Counted from the first letter of the stretch, positions 51,776 to 61,090 are shown. The stretch: DNA of 64,000 nt from an uncultured Prevotella sp. (GCA_944320195.1 CALUGP010000059.1:2080-66079); one strand, 5' to 3'. Notes: generated from the sequence alone by a model not told the origin. Translations and numbers: made by a program.

Positions 51776-54616
51776 ATGAGTATCAGATTAAATAAAGCAA
51801 TCCGTGAATTGAATATAGGACTTCAAACGGCAGTTGAATTCCTGAAAAAGAAAAGTGACCTTGGCGAAGTGAGGGACGACCTGAGCTTCAAGCTCAACGA
51901 TGCCCAGTACAACGCCTTGGTGGAAGAGTTCAAGTCGGACAAGGAGGTGAGGAAAAAGGCCGAGGAGCTCTTCCCGAAACACCAGAAAGAGAAGAAACGC
52001 TCCGAAGGCGGAGCAAAGTCTGCCGGCGTGGCGAAGCCTTCTTCGCCGCAGAAATACACCGTGCTTGGCAAGATAGACCTTGACAGCATAGGCAAGAAGC
52101 CGTCTCATGCCGTGCGGAACGAGTCACCGCAGGGCCAGGGGGGCGGCAAGCCGGCCGACAAGCAGAAGCCGGCCGAGCCGGCGAATGCCGCAGAACCGCC
52201 GCAGAAACCGGTCCAGAAGCCGGCCGCAGGACAGGAGCGTCCGGCCGTGAAGGAGCATGCGGCGCCTCAGGAGGCGTCAGCCACCGTGAAGAAAGAAGAC
52301 AAGCAGCCGGCCGACAAGCCCGTTGCCGAGGCGCGGCCGGTTGACGGCAAGCCTGCGGAAGAGCGCAAGGAGCATGCCGCCCAGGCTGCCGCAGCAGGCG
52401 AGGACAGCAAGATTTTCACTCTGAAAAGCGAGAAGAAGCTTGCCCCGAAGGTGAACGTGTTGGGCAAGATTGACCTCGACTCGCTCAACCAAAGCACGCG
52501 TCCTAAGAAGAAATCCAAGGAAGAGCGCCGCAAGGAGCGTGAGGAGAAGGCTGCCCAGAACAGGCCCGACGGCAAGAAGAAGCGTTCGCGCATAACGAAG
52601 GAACGCGTCAACATAGACCAGGCCGTGAAGCAGAACGGCCAGGGAAGCGCTCCAAGCGAGAAGGGCAGCGCGAAGAAGAAGAACCGCAAGCGGGGCCACA
52701 AGCCGCTTGAAGTGAACGAGGAAGACGTCGCACGCCAGGTAAAGGAGACTCTTGCAAGGCTGACGAGCAAGGGCCAGAACAAGAAGGGCGCCAAGTACCG
52801 TAAGGAGAAGCGCGAGGCCGTTCAGGAGCATCTGAAGGAGCAGCGCGCCGAGGCCAAGGCCGAGAGCAAGATCCTGAAGCTGACCGAGTTTGTTACCGTC
52901 AGCGAGCTGGCAAGCATGATGAACGTTTCCGTGAACCAGGTTATAGGGACTTGCATGAGCGTTGGCATCATGGTGTCGATAAACCAACGCCTTGACGCGG
53001 AGACCATAAACCTCGTTGCCGAGGAGTTCGGCTTCAAGACGGAGTATGTCAGCGCCGAGGTGTCTGAGGCCATAACGGAGGAGCCCGACGACGAGAACGA
53101 CCTCGTGCCGCGCGCTCCCATCGTCACCGTGATGGGCCATGTGGACCACGGAAAGACGTCTTTGCTCGACTATATCCGCAAGTCTAACGTCATAGCCGGC
53201 GAGGCCGGAGGCATAACCCAGCATATCGGAGCGTACAACGTGACGCTGGCCGACGGCCGCAAGATAACCTTCCTCGACACGCCGGGCCACGAGGCGTTCA
53301 CCGCCATGCGTGCCCGCGGAGCGCAGGTTACCGACATCGCAATCATCATCATCGCCGCGGACGACAGCGTGATGCCGACCACGCGCGAGGCCATTGCCCA
53401 CGCGCAGGCGGCCAACGTGCCGATGGTGTTCGCCATAAACAAGATTGACAAGCCGGGAGCCAACCCCGACAAGATACGTGAGGACCTGGCCAACATGAAC
53501 CTGCTGGTGGAGGACTGGGGCGGAAAGTACCAGTGCCAGGAAATCAGCGCGAAGAAGGGCATAGGCGTGGACGACCTGCTTGAGAAGGTGCTTCTCGAGG
53601 CGGAGATGCTCGACCTGAAGGCGAACCCCAACCGCAAGGCCACGGGCAGCATAATAGAGTCGTCCCTGGACAAGGGCCGCGGATATGTGTCGACGGTGCT
53701 TGTAAGCAACGGAACGCTGCACGTTGGCGACGTGGTGATTGCCGGAACGCACTATGGCAAGATAAAGGCCATGTTCAACGAGCGCAACCAGCGCATCGAG
53801 AAGGCCGGTCCGGCCGAGCCTGCCATCATCCTGGGACTCAACGGAGCGCCCACGGCGGGCGACTCGTTCCACATCCTCGAGACCGAGCAGGAGGCGCGAG
53901 AGATAGCCAACAAGCGCCTGCAACTGCAGCGCGAGCAGGGCTTGCGCACGCAGAAGCGACTGACGCTGAGCGACATCAGCCACCGCATAGCCCTCGGCTC
54001 GTTCAAGGAGCTGAACATCGTCGTGAAGGGTGACACCGACGGCAGCATCGAGGCCCTGAGCGACTCGTTCATCAAGCTGTCTACGGAGAAGATCAAGGTG
54101 AACGTGATATACAAGGCCGTAGGCCAGATATCAGAGAGCGACGTGTCGCTGGCCGACGCTTCAGACGCCATCATCGTGGGCTTCCAGGTGCGCCCGTCGG
54201 CCGCCGCCCGCAAGCTGGCAGAGCAGGAAGGTGTCGAGATCAACACTTACTCCGTGATTTACGACGCGATAGAAGATGTCAAGTCGGCCATGGAGGGAAT
54301 GCTCGACAAGGTGGTCAAGGAGGTTGTCACCGGACAGGTGGAGGTGCGCGAGGTCTACCACATATCGAAGGTGGGCACCGTGGCCGGAGCCTACGTCACC
54401 GAGGGCAAGGTGCACCGCACGGACAAGGCGCGCGTCGTGCGCGACGGCATCGTTGTGCACACGGGCGAGATAAACGCCCTCAAGCGCTTCAAGGACGACG
54501 TGAAGGAGGTGGGCGTGAACTTCGAGTGCGGCATCAGCCTGGTCAACTTCAACGACATACAGGTTGGCGACATACTCGAGACGTTCACCGAGATCGAGGT
54601 GAAGCAGAAGCTTTGA
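51776..54616 (+). CDS. infB: translation initiation factor IF-2
   Basis: G-domain [28 protein letters not shown]; low-complexity K/E/P/A-rich N-terminal region. Confidence 0.97.
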   Translation: MSIRLNKAIRELNIGLQTAVEFLKKKSDLGEVRDDLSFKLNDAQYNALVEEFKSDKEVRKKAEELFPKHQKEKKRSEGGAKSAGVAKPSSPQKYTVLGKIDLDSIGKKPSHAVRNESPQGQGGGKPADKQKPAEPANAAEPPQKPVQKPAAGQERPAVKEHAAPQEASATVKKEDKQPADKPVAEARPVDGKPAEERKEHAAQAAAAGEDSKIFTLKSEKKLAPKVNVLGKIDLDSLNQSTRPKKKSKEERRKEREEKAAQNRPDGKKKRSRITKERVNIDQAVKQNGQGSAPSEKGSAKKKNRKRGHKPLEVNEEDVARQVKETLARLTSKGQNKKGAKYRKEKREAVQEHLKEQRAEAKAESKILKLTEFVTVSELASMMNVSVNQVIGTCMSVGIMVSINQRLDAETINLVAEEFGFKTEYVSAEVSEAITEEPDDENDLVPRAPIVTVMGHVDHGKTSLLDYIRKSNVIAGEAGGITQHIGAYNVTLADGRKITFLDTPGHEAFTAMRARGAQVTDIAIIIIAADDSVMPTTREAIAHAQAANVPMVFAINKIDKPGANPDKIREDLANMNLLVEDWGGKYQCQEISAKKGIGVDDLLEKVLLEAEMLDLKANPNRKATGSIIESSLDKGRGYVSTVLVSNGTLHVGDVVIAGTHYGKIKAMFNERNQRIEKAGPAEPAIILGLNGAPTAGDSFHILETEQEAREIANKRLQLQREQGLRTQKRLTLSDISHRIALGSFKELNIVVKGDTDGSIEALSDSFIKLSTEKIKVNVIYKAVGQISESDVSLADASDAIIVGFQVRPSAAARKLAEQEGVEINTYSVIYDAIEDVKSAMEGMLDKVVKEVVTGQVEVREVYHISKVGTVAGAYVTEGKVHRTDKARVVRDGIVVHTGEINALKRFKDDVKEVGVNFECGISLVNFNDIQVGDILETFTEIEVKQKL

Positions 54617-54643
54617 CGGCCCGCGCGGGGGCTGTAGCCATAC

Positions 54644-54686
54644 GGGCGGACGGGGACTTGGCTCCCTGTCCGCCTTTCTTGTTTTT
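54644..54686 (+). terminator. intrinsic terminator candidate downstream of infB
   Basis: GGCGGACGGGGA-cttggc-TCCCTGTCCGCC (one G-U pair) followed by TTTCTTGTTTTT. Confidence 0.7.
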
Positions 54687-54974
54687 GCGAAAGGGATTCA
54701 TCCGCAAACCTTTTGGATTAAACATAAGTTCTATTAATGACACCATCCAACCTTAATCCAGGCAGTCGGTAACTGTCATTCCGCGCCTTGACGTGGAATC
54801 CGGAGAACATCCTATACATCAAACAGCATATGCTGTATTTACTGGATTCCGCGTCGGAGCGCGGAATGACAGTTACTGACCACCTGGATTATGGCAGGAT
54901 GTATTTGTAAATGAAATAATGTGTCACATTTAATAGAGCCGTATGTCCATCCGAGAGGTTTGCGGATGAACTGC
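54686..54974 (-). mobile_element. family E MITE-like element, short variant (E3), inverted copy of E2
   Basis: GGGATTCATCCGCAAACCTTTTGGATTAAAC...GGTAACTGTCATTCCGCGCC...GGAATGACAGTTAC...GAGGTTTGCGGATGAACTGC. By eye, roughly nine in ten positions are identical to the reverse complement of E2. Confidence 0.75.
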
Positions 54975-55062
54975 GGAAGGCCGCAAAACGCCGTGCGAAA
55001 GGCCGTCAATCGCAACGTAAAAGGCCGTCTTTCACACGCTGAAAGACGGCCTTTTGCAATTG
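54975..55062. repeat. family A array, locus A15 (abutting E3)
   Basis: GGAAGGCCGCAAAACG, GCGAAAGGCCGTCAATCG, AAAAGGCCGTCTTTCACACGCTGAAAGACGGCCTTTT hairpin. Confidence 0.85.
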
Positions 55063-55078
55063 GCTGTGCCACAGGCTG

Positions 55079-55993
55079 TTACGCGCCTGGCTGCAGATGT
55101 GCCCGCATGGAGGCTATTTTCTCGCTGAGATACCGCCTGAAGCCGTCTCCGCCCAGCACCCGTATGTCGTCGTAAAGGCCGAGCACGAAGCGCCCTATGC
55201 CGGCGTAGCTGCACACATCGAGGCGCAGGCGGTGGCGTCCGCCGCCGTCGGGCACGACGTGGGGCATGGCCTGGGGATACTCCTCGCGCAGTATGTTGTA
55301 AGACAAGGGGCCGAGCGTGATGTCTACGGGCAGCAGCGCCTCGCCGCTGAACATGAACACGTCGGTGAACATCTGGCGGTGCTTGTCCTCGTGCTCCCAC
55401 TCTGTCTCGAGCATCTCCACGCCCTGCATGCGGCTTATCTTGAACGTCTTGTTCATGCCGCTGGACGGCTCGTAGCAGCGCGCCTCGTTGTTGTTGTTCA
55501 TCAGCAGGAACGGTTCAACGAAGCGGTCGCGCACGGTCTGGCTGTGGGGCGAGGCGTAGCCGCGCAGCACTACCTGGCGGCGCAGCTTTATCGCGTCGTA
55601 GAGCACACCGATGCTGCGCACCGCGTGCTCTCGCAGCTGTTCGTCGGCCAGTATGTCGAAGTCGTAGAAATTCTCCAGTTTCCTTTTCAGCCCGGCTATC
55701 AGGGCGTTGCCGTGCTCGGCCTTGTCGAGCATGCGGCGCAGCAGCACCGCCTCTTCCTCGGTGAAGGATATGCGGCTTACCAGGTGGCTGAAGAAGGGCG
55801 ACGAGCGGTCTATCGTGTGGTAGGCGCCGTGCTTCTGCACCTTGAAGCCGCAGTCGCGGAAGAACTCCAGGTAGTAGTAAAGGTTGCGGCGGGATATCCC
55901 CACCTTGTCGCAGAGTTCGTTTACGGTGTATCTGTGGTTCTCGGCGAGCAGCAACAGCAGGTGGAGCTCGCGCTCAAGTTTGTCGTGGCGCAC
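55079..55993 (-). CDS. HTH + WYL-like domain transcriptional regulator (YafY-like)
   Basis: N-terminal HTH YTVNELCDKVGISRRNLYYYLEFF; central VVLRGYASPHSQTVRDRFVEPFLLM... resembles a WYL domain. Confidence 0.65.
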   Translation of the reverse strand: MRHDKLERELHLLLLLAENHRYTVNELCDKVGISRRNLYYYLEFFRDCGFKVQKHGAYHTIDRSSPFFSHLVSRISFTEEEAVLLRRMLDKAEHGNALIAGLKRKLENFYDFDILADEQLREHAVRSIGVLYDAIKLRRQVVLRGYASPHSQTVRDRFVEPFLLMNNNNEARCYEPSSGMNKTFKISRMQGVEMLETEWEHEDKHRQMFTDVFMFSGEALLPVDITLGPLSYNILREEYPQAMPHVVPDGGGRHRLRLDVCSYAGIGRFVLGLYDDIRVLGGDGFRRYLSEKIASMRAHLQPGA

Positions 55994-55997
55994 TTCT

Positions 55998-56138
55998 GTT
56001 AAGTTAAGAGTTAAGAATTAAGAGTTAAGAAAAACGCTATTACTAATTAAGAATTAAGAGTTAAGAATTAAGAAAAATACCACATGTGCAAGGTGCAAAG
56101 CATTCTTTCTTAATCCTTAACTCTTAATTCTTAACTCA
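55998..56138. repeat. family B element, locus B10 (duplicated left arm)
   Basis: Two left arms GTTAAGAGTTAAGAATTAAGAGTTAAGAAAAA and AATTAAGAATTAAGAGTTAAGAATTAAGAAAAA, loop ..GTGCAAAGCATTC.., right arm TTTCTTAATCCTTAACTCTTAATTCTTAACTC. Confidence 0.85.
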
Positions 56139-56711
56139 CAAAAGCCTGAAGCTTTTGCGGTGATACGGCGTGGGGCCATACTTTTTTATCGCCTCGCGGT
56201 GGGCGCGTGTGGGGTAGCCCTTGTTCTCGGTCCAGCCGTACTGGGGGAATTCCCCGGCCAGCCTGTCCATGTAGTCGTCGCGGTAAGTCTTGGCGAGGAT
56301 GCTCGCCGCCGCGATCGAGAGATATTTGCCGTCGCCCTTGACTACGGTGGAGTAGGGGATGAAGCGGTATGGCTTGAAGCGGTTGCCGTCAACGATGATG
56401 GCCTCGGGGCGCACCTTCAGCTGGTCAAGTGCGCGGTGCATGGCCAGTATGCTGGCGTTGAGGATGTTTATCTCGTCAATCTCTTCTGGTGTCACCACGC
56501 CCACGGCCCAGGCCAGGGCGTCGCGCTCTATCTCGCGTCGCAGCTCGTAACGCCGCTTGGCCGAGAGCTGTTTTGAGTCGTTGAGGCCGTCGTTTACATA
56601 GTCTTCGGGCAGTATGACCGCCGCGGCGAATACGCTGCCGGCAAGGCATCCGCGCCCCGCCTCGTCGCATCCGGCCTCGATGAGGCCCGGGTTCATGTGG
56701 CTTTTAAGCAT
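56136..56711 (-). CDS. rnhB: ribonuclease HII
   Basis: [14 protein letters not shown] catalytic DEDD start; DSKQLS motif. Confidence 0.93.
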   Translation of the reverse strand: MLKSHMNPGLIEAGCDEAGRGCLAGSVFAAAVILPEDYVNDGLNDSKQLSAKRRYELRREIERDALAWAVGVVTPEEIDEINILNASILAMHRALDQLKVRPEAIIVDGNRFKPYRFIPYSTVVKGDGKYLSIAAASILAKTYRDDYMDRLAGEFPQYGWTENKGYPTRAHREAIKKYGPTPYHRKSFRLL

Positions 56712-56765
56712 GGTTTTGTCATTATTTAACTAAAAACGCGGCATGAGTGAACTTATTGTGCACAA

Positions 56766-57098
56766 ATGCATGTTTATTTTGCAGGCAGAAACGAAACTGT
56801 AAAATATACGCATATGGAAAAGCAAATATCATTAGGCGCAAACGAGAATGTGTTTGGAAAGTGTGCTGAGGCTGTGAGAAGGATATGCCGTTGTGCCGGT
56901 ATGCCGCAACGGATGTTACGCAACTACTACTCAAAGGTGCTCGGCGAGAACGTCGGCGAAGCCCGTGCGCGGGCCATGACCGAAGCCCAGGCGGCCTTCT
57001 TCGCCGTGACCCTGCCGGTGGATTATCCCCTGGCGCTCAGGTTTGTGGTGTGCGCGTGGTTCGTGGTGGCGTTGAGGAAGTTAAGAGTTAAGGGTTAA
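56766..57098 (+). CDS. hypothetical protein (weak call)
   Basis: ORF only; possible start also at Met17 (56814). One hydrophobic C-terminal segment; last codons and the TAA lie in a family-B repeat arm. Confidence 0.3.
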   Translation: MHVYFAGRNETVKYTHMEKQISLGANENVFGKCAEAVRRICRCAGMPQRMLRNYYSKVLGENVGEARARAMTEAQAAFFAVTLPVDYPLALRFVVCAWFVVALRKLRVKG

Positions 57099-57201
57099 GA
57101 ATTAAGAGTTAAGAGTTAAGAAAATATGACTTGAAGTACAATATTGCCGACAAAGCATATTTTCTTAACTCTTAATTCTTAACTCTTAACTCTTAATTTT
57201 T
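57076..57201. repeat. family B word-palindrome, locus B11 (downstream of sufS)
   Basis: GAAGTTAAGAGTTAAGGGTTAAGAATTAAGAGTTAAGAGTTAAGAAAA / TTTTCTTAACTCTTAATTCTTAACTCTTAACTCTTAATT. Confidence 0.85.
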
Positions 57202-57202
57202 A

Positions 57203-58417
57203 TCAGAACATCCTGCTGACGCGCTTCACTCCGTCCGCAAGCGTGTCGATTTCCTCCTTCGTGTTGTAGAGGGCGAACGAGGCGCGCACCGTGCCCTGTA
57301 TTCCGAGGCGCAGCATGAGGGGCTGGGCGCAGTGGTGGCCCGTGCGCACGGCTATGCCAAGGCGGTCGAGCAGCGTGCCCATGTCGAGGTGGTGGATGTC
57401 GCCCACAAGGAACGAAACCACGGCATCCTTGCGTGCCGACGTGCCGAATACGCGCAGCCCGTCAACCTCGGCGAGCCGCCGCATGGCGTAGCGTGTAAGC
57501 TCCTGTTCGTGCATCTGGATGTTGTCCATGCCTATGGCTGTGATGTAGTCAATGGCCTTTGCCAAGCCGTGGGTGGCCACGTAGTCGGGTGTGCCGGCCT
57601 CGAACTTGAACGGCAGACGCTCGAACACTGTTTTCTCGAAGCTCACACTCTCAATCATCTCTCCCCCGCCCTGGTAAGGCGGCAGGCGGTCGAGCCAGTC
57701 TTCCTTGCCGTAAAGCACGCCTACGCCAGTAGGACCGTACATCTTGTGGCCGCTGAAGGCGAAGAAGTCGCAGTCCATCGCCTGCACGTCCACTGCGAAG
57801 TGGGGCGCGCTCTGTGCGCCGTCAACCATCACTGGCACGCCGTGTTCATGAGCTATACGTATGATTTCGTCCACCGGGTTGACCGTGCCGAGCACGTTGC
57901 TGACGTGCGTCACGCTGACGATTTTCGTCTTGTCGGTGAACAGCTTTTCGTATTCGTCGAGCCTCAGCTCGCCTTCGTCGGTCATCGGGATTACCCGTAT
58001 TGATATGCCGCGCTTGGCCGCCTGTAGTTGCCATGGCACGATGTTTGAGTGGTGTTCCATGACCGAGACAATCACTTCGTCGCCCTCCCGCATGAATTCG
58101 TCGCAGAAGGAAGACGCCACGAGGTTGAGGCTCTCGGTTGTTCCGCGGGTGAATATGATTTCGCTTGTCGCCCTTGCGTTGATGAACTGCCTTACCTTCT
58201 CGCGCGCTCCCTCGTGCAGGTCGGTGGCCTGTTGCGACAGGTAATGCACTCCGCGATGCACGTTGGCGTTGACGTTGTAGTATTCTTCGGTGATGGCTTC
58301 GACCACAGGGCGCGGCTTTTGGGTGGTCGCCGCGTTGTCCAAGTATACCAATGGCCGGTCGTAAACCTTGCGGCCGAGGATTGGGAAGTCGTTGCGTATT
58401 TGGTTGATGTCGAACAT
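57203..58417 (-). CDS. sufS: cysteine desulfurase SufS
   Basis: FSGHKMYGPTG (PLP Lys) and RTGHHCAQPL (active-site Cys) motifs. Confidence 0.93.
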   Translation of the reverse strand: MFDINQIRNDFPILGRKVYDRPLVYLDNAATTQKPRPVVEAITEEYYNVNANVHRGVHYLSQQATDLHEGAREKVRQFINARATSEIIFTRGTTESLNLVASSFCDEFMREGDEVIVSVMEHHSNIVPWQLQAAKRGISIRVIPMTDEGELRLDEYEKLFTDKTKIVSVTHVSNVLGTVNPVDEIIRIAHEHGVPVMVDGAQSAPHFAVDVQAMDCDFFAFSGHKMYGPTGVGVLYGKEDWLDRLPPYQGGGEMIESVSFEKTVFERLPFKFEAGTPDYVATHGLAKAIDYITAIGMDNIQMHEQELTRYAMRRLAEVDGLRVFGTSARKDAVVSFLVGDIHHLDMGTLLDRLGIAVRTGHHCAQPLMLRLGIQGTVRASFALYNTKEEIDTLADGVKRVSRMF

Positions 58418-58430
58418 GATATTTCTTTTT

Positions 58431-58618
58431 TAGGAGTTAAAGGAATTAAGGAAGTCAAAGGAGTTAAAGACGAATGTTTTATTTCAGGGAGTTAAGGAGT
58501 TATGTAGTTAAGGAGTTAAGACAAATGTTTTGTTTCAGGGAGCTAAGACTACGCTTTATTTAATTTGTCTGCAAAGCATTTGTCTTAACTCCTTAACTAC
58601 ATAACTCCTTAACTACTA
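58431..58618. repeat. family B word-palindrome, locus B12 (GGAGTTAAG words) between sufD and sufS
   Basis: About 38-bp near-perfect inverted repeat GAGTTAAGGAGTTATGTAGTTAAGGAGTTAAGACAAATG (about 58489-58526) / CATTTGTCTTAACTCCTTAACTACATAACTCCTTAACT (about 58577-58614), plus an extra partial left arm. Confidence 0.85.
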
Positions 58619-58627
58619 AAATAAAAA

Positions 58628-59974
58628 TCATCTGCACAGCTTGCATCCCTCGCATTTGTTCAGCTCTCCGCGGAAGCGTTTCTCCACGAGATAGTGCAAG
58701 CGGTCGCGCAGGGGGTCGAGCTTTATGCCGTCGATTACCTCGTTTATGAAAGCGAACTCAAGCAGGAGCTTGGCCTCCTTGAGCGGTATGCCGCGTTGGC
58801 GCATGTAGAACAGGGCCGCGTCGTTGAGCTGGCCTACGGTGCTTCCGTGGGCGCACTTCACGTCGTCGGCGTATATTTCGAGCATCGGTTGCGTGTACAT
58901 GCGGGCTTCCTTGGTTGCGCAGAGGTTCTGGTTGGTCTCCTGCGAAACGGTCTGCTGCGCACCGTGGCGCACCAGCACGCGGCCGGCGAACGCGCCAACG
59001 GCGTTGCCGTCAAGCACGTATTTGTACAGTTCGCGGCTCGTGCAGCGGCCTACGCGGTGGTCGATGAGCGTGTTGTTGTCAACGTGCTGGTGCTTGTCGG
59101 CTATCACGCAGCCGTAAAGGTCGCACTCGGCACCCTCCCCGGCGAACACAAGGTCGGTGCGGTTGCGCGTCACCCCGTTGTGAAGCGTGATGACATTGTG
59201 GCTCACGCGGCTGTCCCTCTGTTGCTCAATGAACACGTTGCTCACGCGGACGTTCTTCACGTGGGTCTCTTCCAGGCAGTAAAGGTCTAACGAGGCGTTG
59301 TCACCGACGTATGCCTCAATCACCTGGGTGGCGAGGAAACGGCGGTCGTCGGCGGCATGGTCGCAGAAGAGCAGCTTGATTTCGGCGCGTTCCTCGACTA
59401 CTATCAACACGCGGCGGTTGACCATCAGGTCAACGTCGGAGCGCAGGATGTTGATCACCTGCACGGCCCTGTCCACCACGACGCCCTTCGGCACGTACAC
59501 CAGCAGCCCGTCTTGCGCCAGCATCGTGTTGAGAGCCGTGATGCCGTCGTCGGCCGTCTTGGCCAGCTTGGCGTAATGCTTGGCCACGAAGTCTGGGTGT
59601 TCGGCGGCGTATTTGGCCAGCGAACCCACTACGACTCCTTCTGGCAGAAGGTGGTTTTTGGGCAGGGCTTTGTCGTAAAAGCCGTCGTTCAACACGAAAT
59701 AGAGCGACGTGCTGAGGTTGGGAACGTCGCAGCGGAACGCCTCATACGGGTCTACCGGTATTTCCAAGCGGTTGAGGTTAAGCCCGTAGTCAGGTTCAAA
59801 CAACGCCGGGATGTCCGTGTATTTATACCTCTCGACCTTCTTCGTGGGGAAGCCGAGGCGGCGGAAGTCGCTGAAAGCGGCGTCGCGCACGGCGTTCATC
59901 GGCTCCGCGCTGTGCGACATTAGCATGTCGCGGCACTGCCCATAGAGGTCGATATATTGTTTTTCGCTTTGCAT
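58628..59974 (-). CDS. sufD: Fe-S cluster assembly protein SufD
   Basis: Operon position; C-terminal PMLEIYADDVKCAHGSTVGQLD...FYMRQRGI SufB/D signature. Confidence 0.9.
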   Translation of the reverse strand: MQSEKQYIDLYGQCRDMLMSHSAEPMNAVRDAAFSDFRRLGFPTKKVERYKYTDIPALFEPDYGLNLNRLEIPVDPYEAFRCDVPNLSTSLYFVLNDGFYDKALPKNHLLPEGVVVGSLAKYAAEHPDFVAKHYAKLAKTADDGITALNTMLAQDGLLVYVPKGVVVDRAVQVINILRSDVDLMVNRRVLIVVEERAEIKLLFCDHAADDRRFLATQVIEAYVGDNASLDLYCLEETHVKNVRVSNVFIEQQRDSRVSHNVITLHNGVTRNRTDLVFAGEGAECDLYGCVIADKHQHVDNNTLIDHRVGRCTSRELYKYVLDGNAVGAFAGRVLVRHGAQQTVSQETNQNLCATKEARMYTQPMLEIYADDVKCAHGSTVGQLNDAALFYMRQRGIPLKEAKLLLEFAFINEVIDGIKLDPLRDRLHYLVEKRFRGELNKCEGCKLCR

Positions 59975-59988
59975 GTTTTTTATGTTTA

Positions 59989-60167
59989 TATAGAAGTTAA
60001 AGAATTTAGAGAAGTTATAGAAGTTAAAGCCAAATGCTTCCTCGGATGATTGGCGATAAGCCGAACAAGCCTAATCAGACCTATTAGGCAAATAAGATAA
60101 CTCGATATTAAAGCCTGCAAGGCATTTGGCTTTAACTTCTATAACTTCTCTAAATTCTTTAACTTCC
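59989..60167. repeat. family B word-palindrome, locus B13 (AGAAGTTAAAG words) between sufC and sufD, with a family-C insert (60051-60098)
   Basis: About 45-bp arms AGAAGTTAAAGAATTTAGAGAAGTTATAGAAGTTAAAGCCAAATGC / GCATTTGGCTTTAACTTCTATAACTTCTCTAAATTCTTTAACTTC. Same subfamily as B6. Confidence 0.9.
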
Positions 60168-60176
60168 AACAATTCT

Positions 60177-60929
60177 TCATTCTCCCACTTCCTCCTTAAT
60201 CCAGTCGTAGCCGCGTTTTTCGATTTCTTTCGACAGCTCCGGCCCGGCGGTCTTCACAATGCGGCCCTTGTAGAGCACGTGGATTATGTCGGGCTTGATG
60301 ATGTCGAGCAGGCGTTCGTAGTGCGTGATGACAATGCAGCTCGACTCCGGCGTACGCAGCTTGTTGACGCCTTCGGCCACGATGCGCAGCGCGTCAACGT
60401 CAAGACCCGAGTCGGTCTCGTCGAGGATGCTCAGCTTCGGCTCGAGCATCGCCATCTGGAAAATCTCGTTGCGCTTCTTTTCGCCGCCGCTGAAGCCTTC
60501 GTTCACCGAGCGGCTTGACAGTTTGCTGTCAAGCTCGACGATTTTCCTCTTCTCACGCATGAGCTTCAGGAAGTCGGCCGCGTTGAGCGGTTCTTTGCCC
60601 TCATACTTGCGTTTCTCGTTGACGGCGGCACGCATGAAGTTGGTCATCGACACCCCGGGGATTTCCACCGGGTATTGGAACGAGAGGAAAAGTCCCTCGT
60701 GCGCCCTGTCCTCGGGCTTCATGGCGAGCAGGTCTTTGCCGTTGAACGTAACCTCGCCTTCGGTCACCTCGTACAGCGGGTTGCCTACAAGCACCGCGCT
60801 CAGCGTACTCTTTCCCGAGCCGTTGGGCCCCATTATGGCGTGCGTCTCGCCGTCTTTTATTGTAAGGTTGATGCCCTTCAATATCTCCTTGTCGCCGATT
60901 TTGGCGTGTAAGTTCCTTATCTCTAACAT
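60177..60929 (-). CDS. sufC: Fe-S cluster assembly ATPase SufC
   Basis: Walker A GPNGSGKST, ABC signature FSGGEKKRNE, Walker B LSILDETDSGLD; ATG 60929. Confidence 0.95.
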   Translation of the reverse strand: MLEIRNLHAKIGDKEILKGINLTIKDGETHAIMGPNGSGKSTLSAVLVGNPLYEVTEGEVTFNGKDLLAMKPEDRAHEGLFLSFQYPVEIPGVSMTNFMRAAVNEKRKYEGKEPLNAADFLKLMREKRKIVELDSKLSSRSVNEGFSGGEKKRNEIFQMAMLEPKLSILDETDSGLDVDALRIVAEGVNKLRTPESSCIVITHYERLLDIIKPDIIHVLYKGRIVKTAGPELSKEIEKRGYDWIKEEVGE

Positions 60930-60935
60930 TTTATT

Positions 60936-61085
60936 TAATTCATAATTGGCTTTCGCCGAACTTCGTTTCACAATTCATAATACATAATCGGGCTGCGCCT
61001 TGTCAATTCATAACCCATAATGCGTAATCCATAATAATAATGGCGTATGCCCAATTATGAATTGTGAATTATGAATTATGAATTA
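60936..61085. repeat. family B word-palindrome, locus B14 (AATTCATA words) between sufB and sufC
   Basis: TTAATTCATAATTGG...CAATTCATAA...ATTCATAACCCATAA... / CCAATTATGAATTGTGAATTATGAATTATGAATTAA. Same subfamily as B9. Confidence 0.8.
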
Positions 61086-61090
61086 AAGAT

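Noticed and set aside
51776-52900. Low-complexity K/E/P/A/Q-rich N-terminal third of IF-2 as a possible anomaly or fusion.
   Set aside because: Long, poorly conserved charged N-terminal regions are a normal feature of bacterial IF-2.
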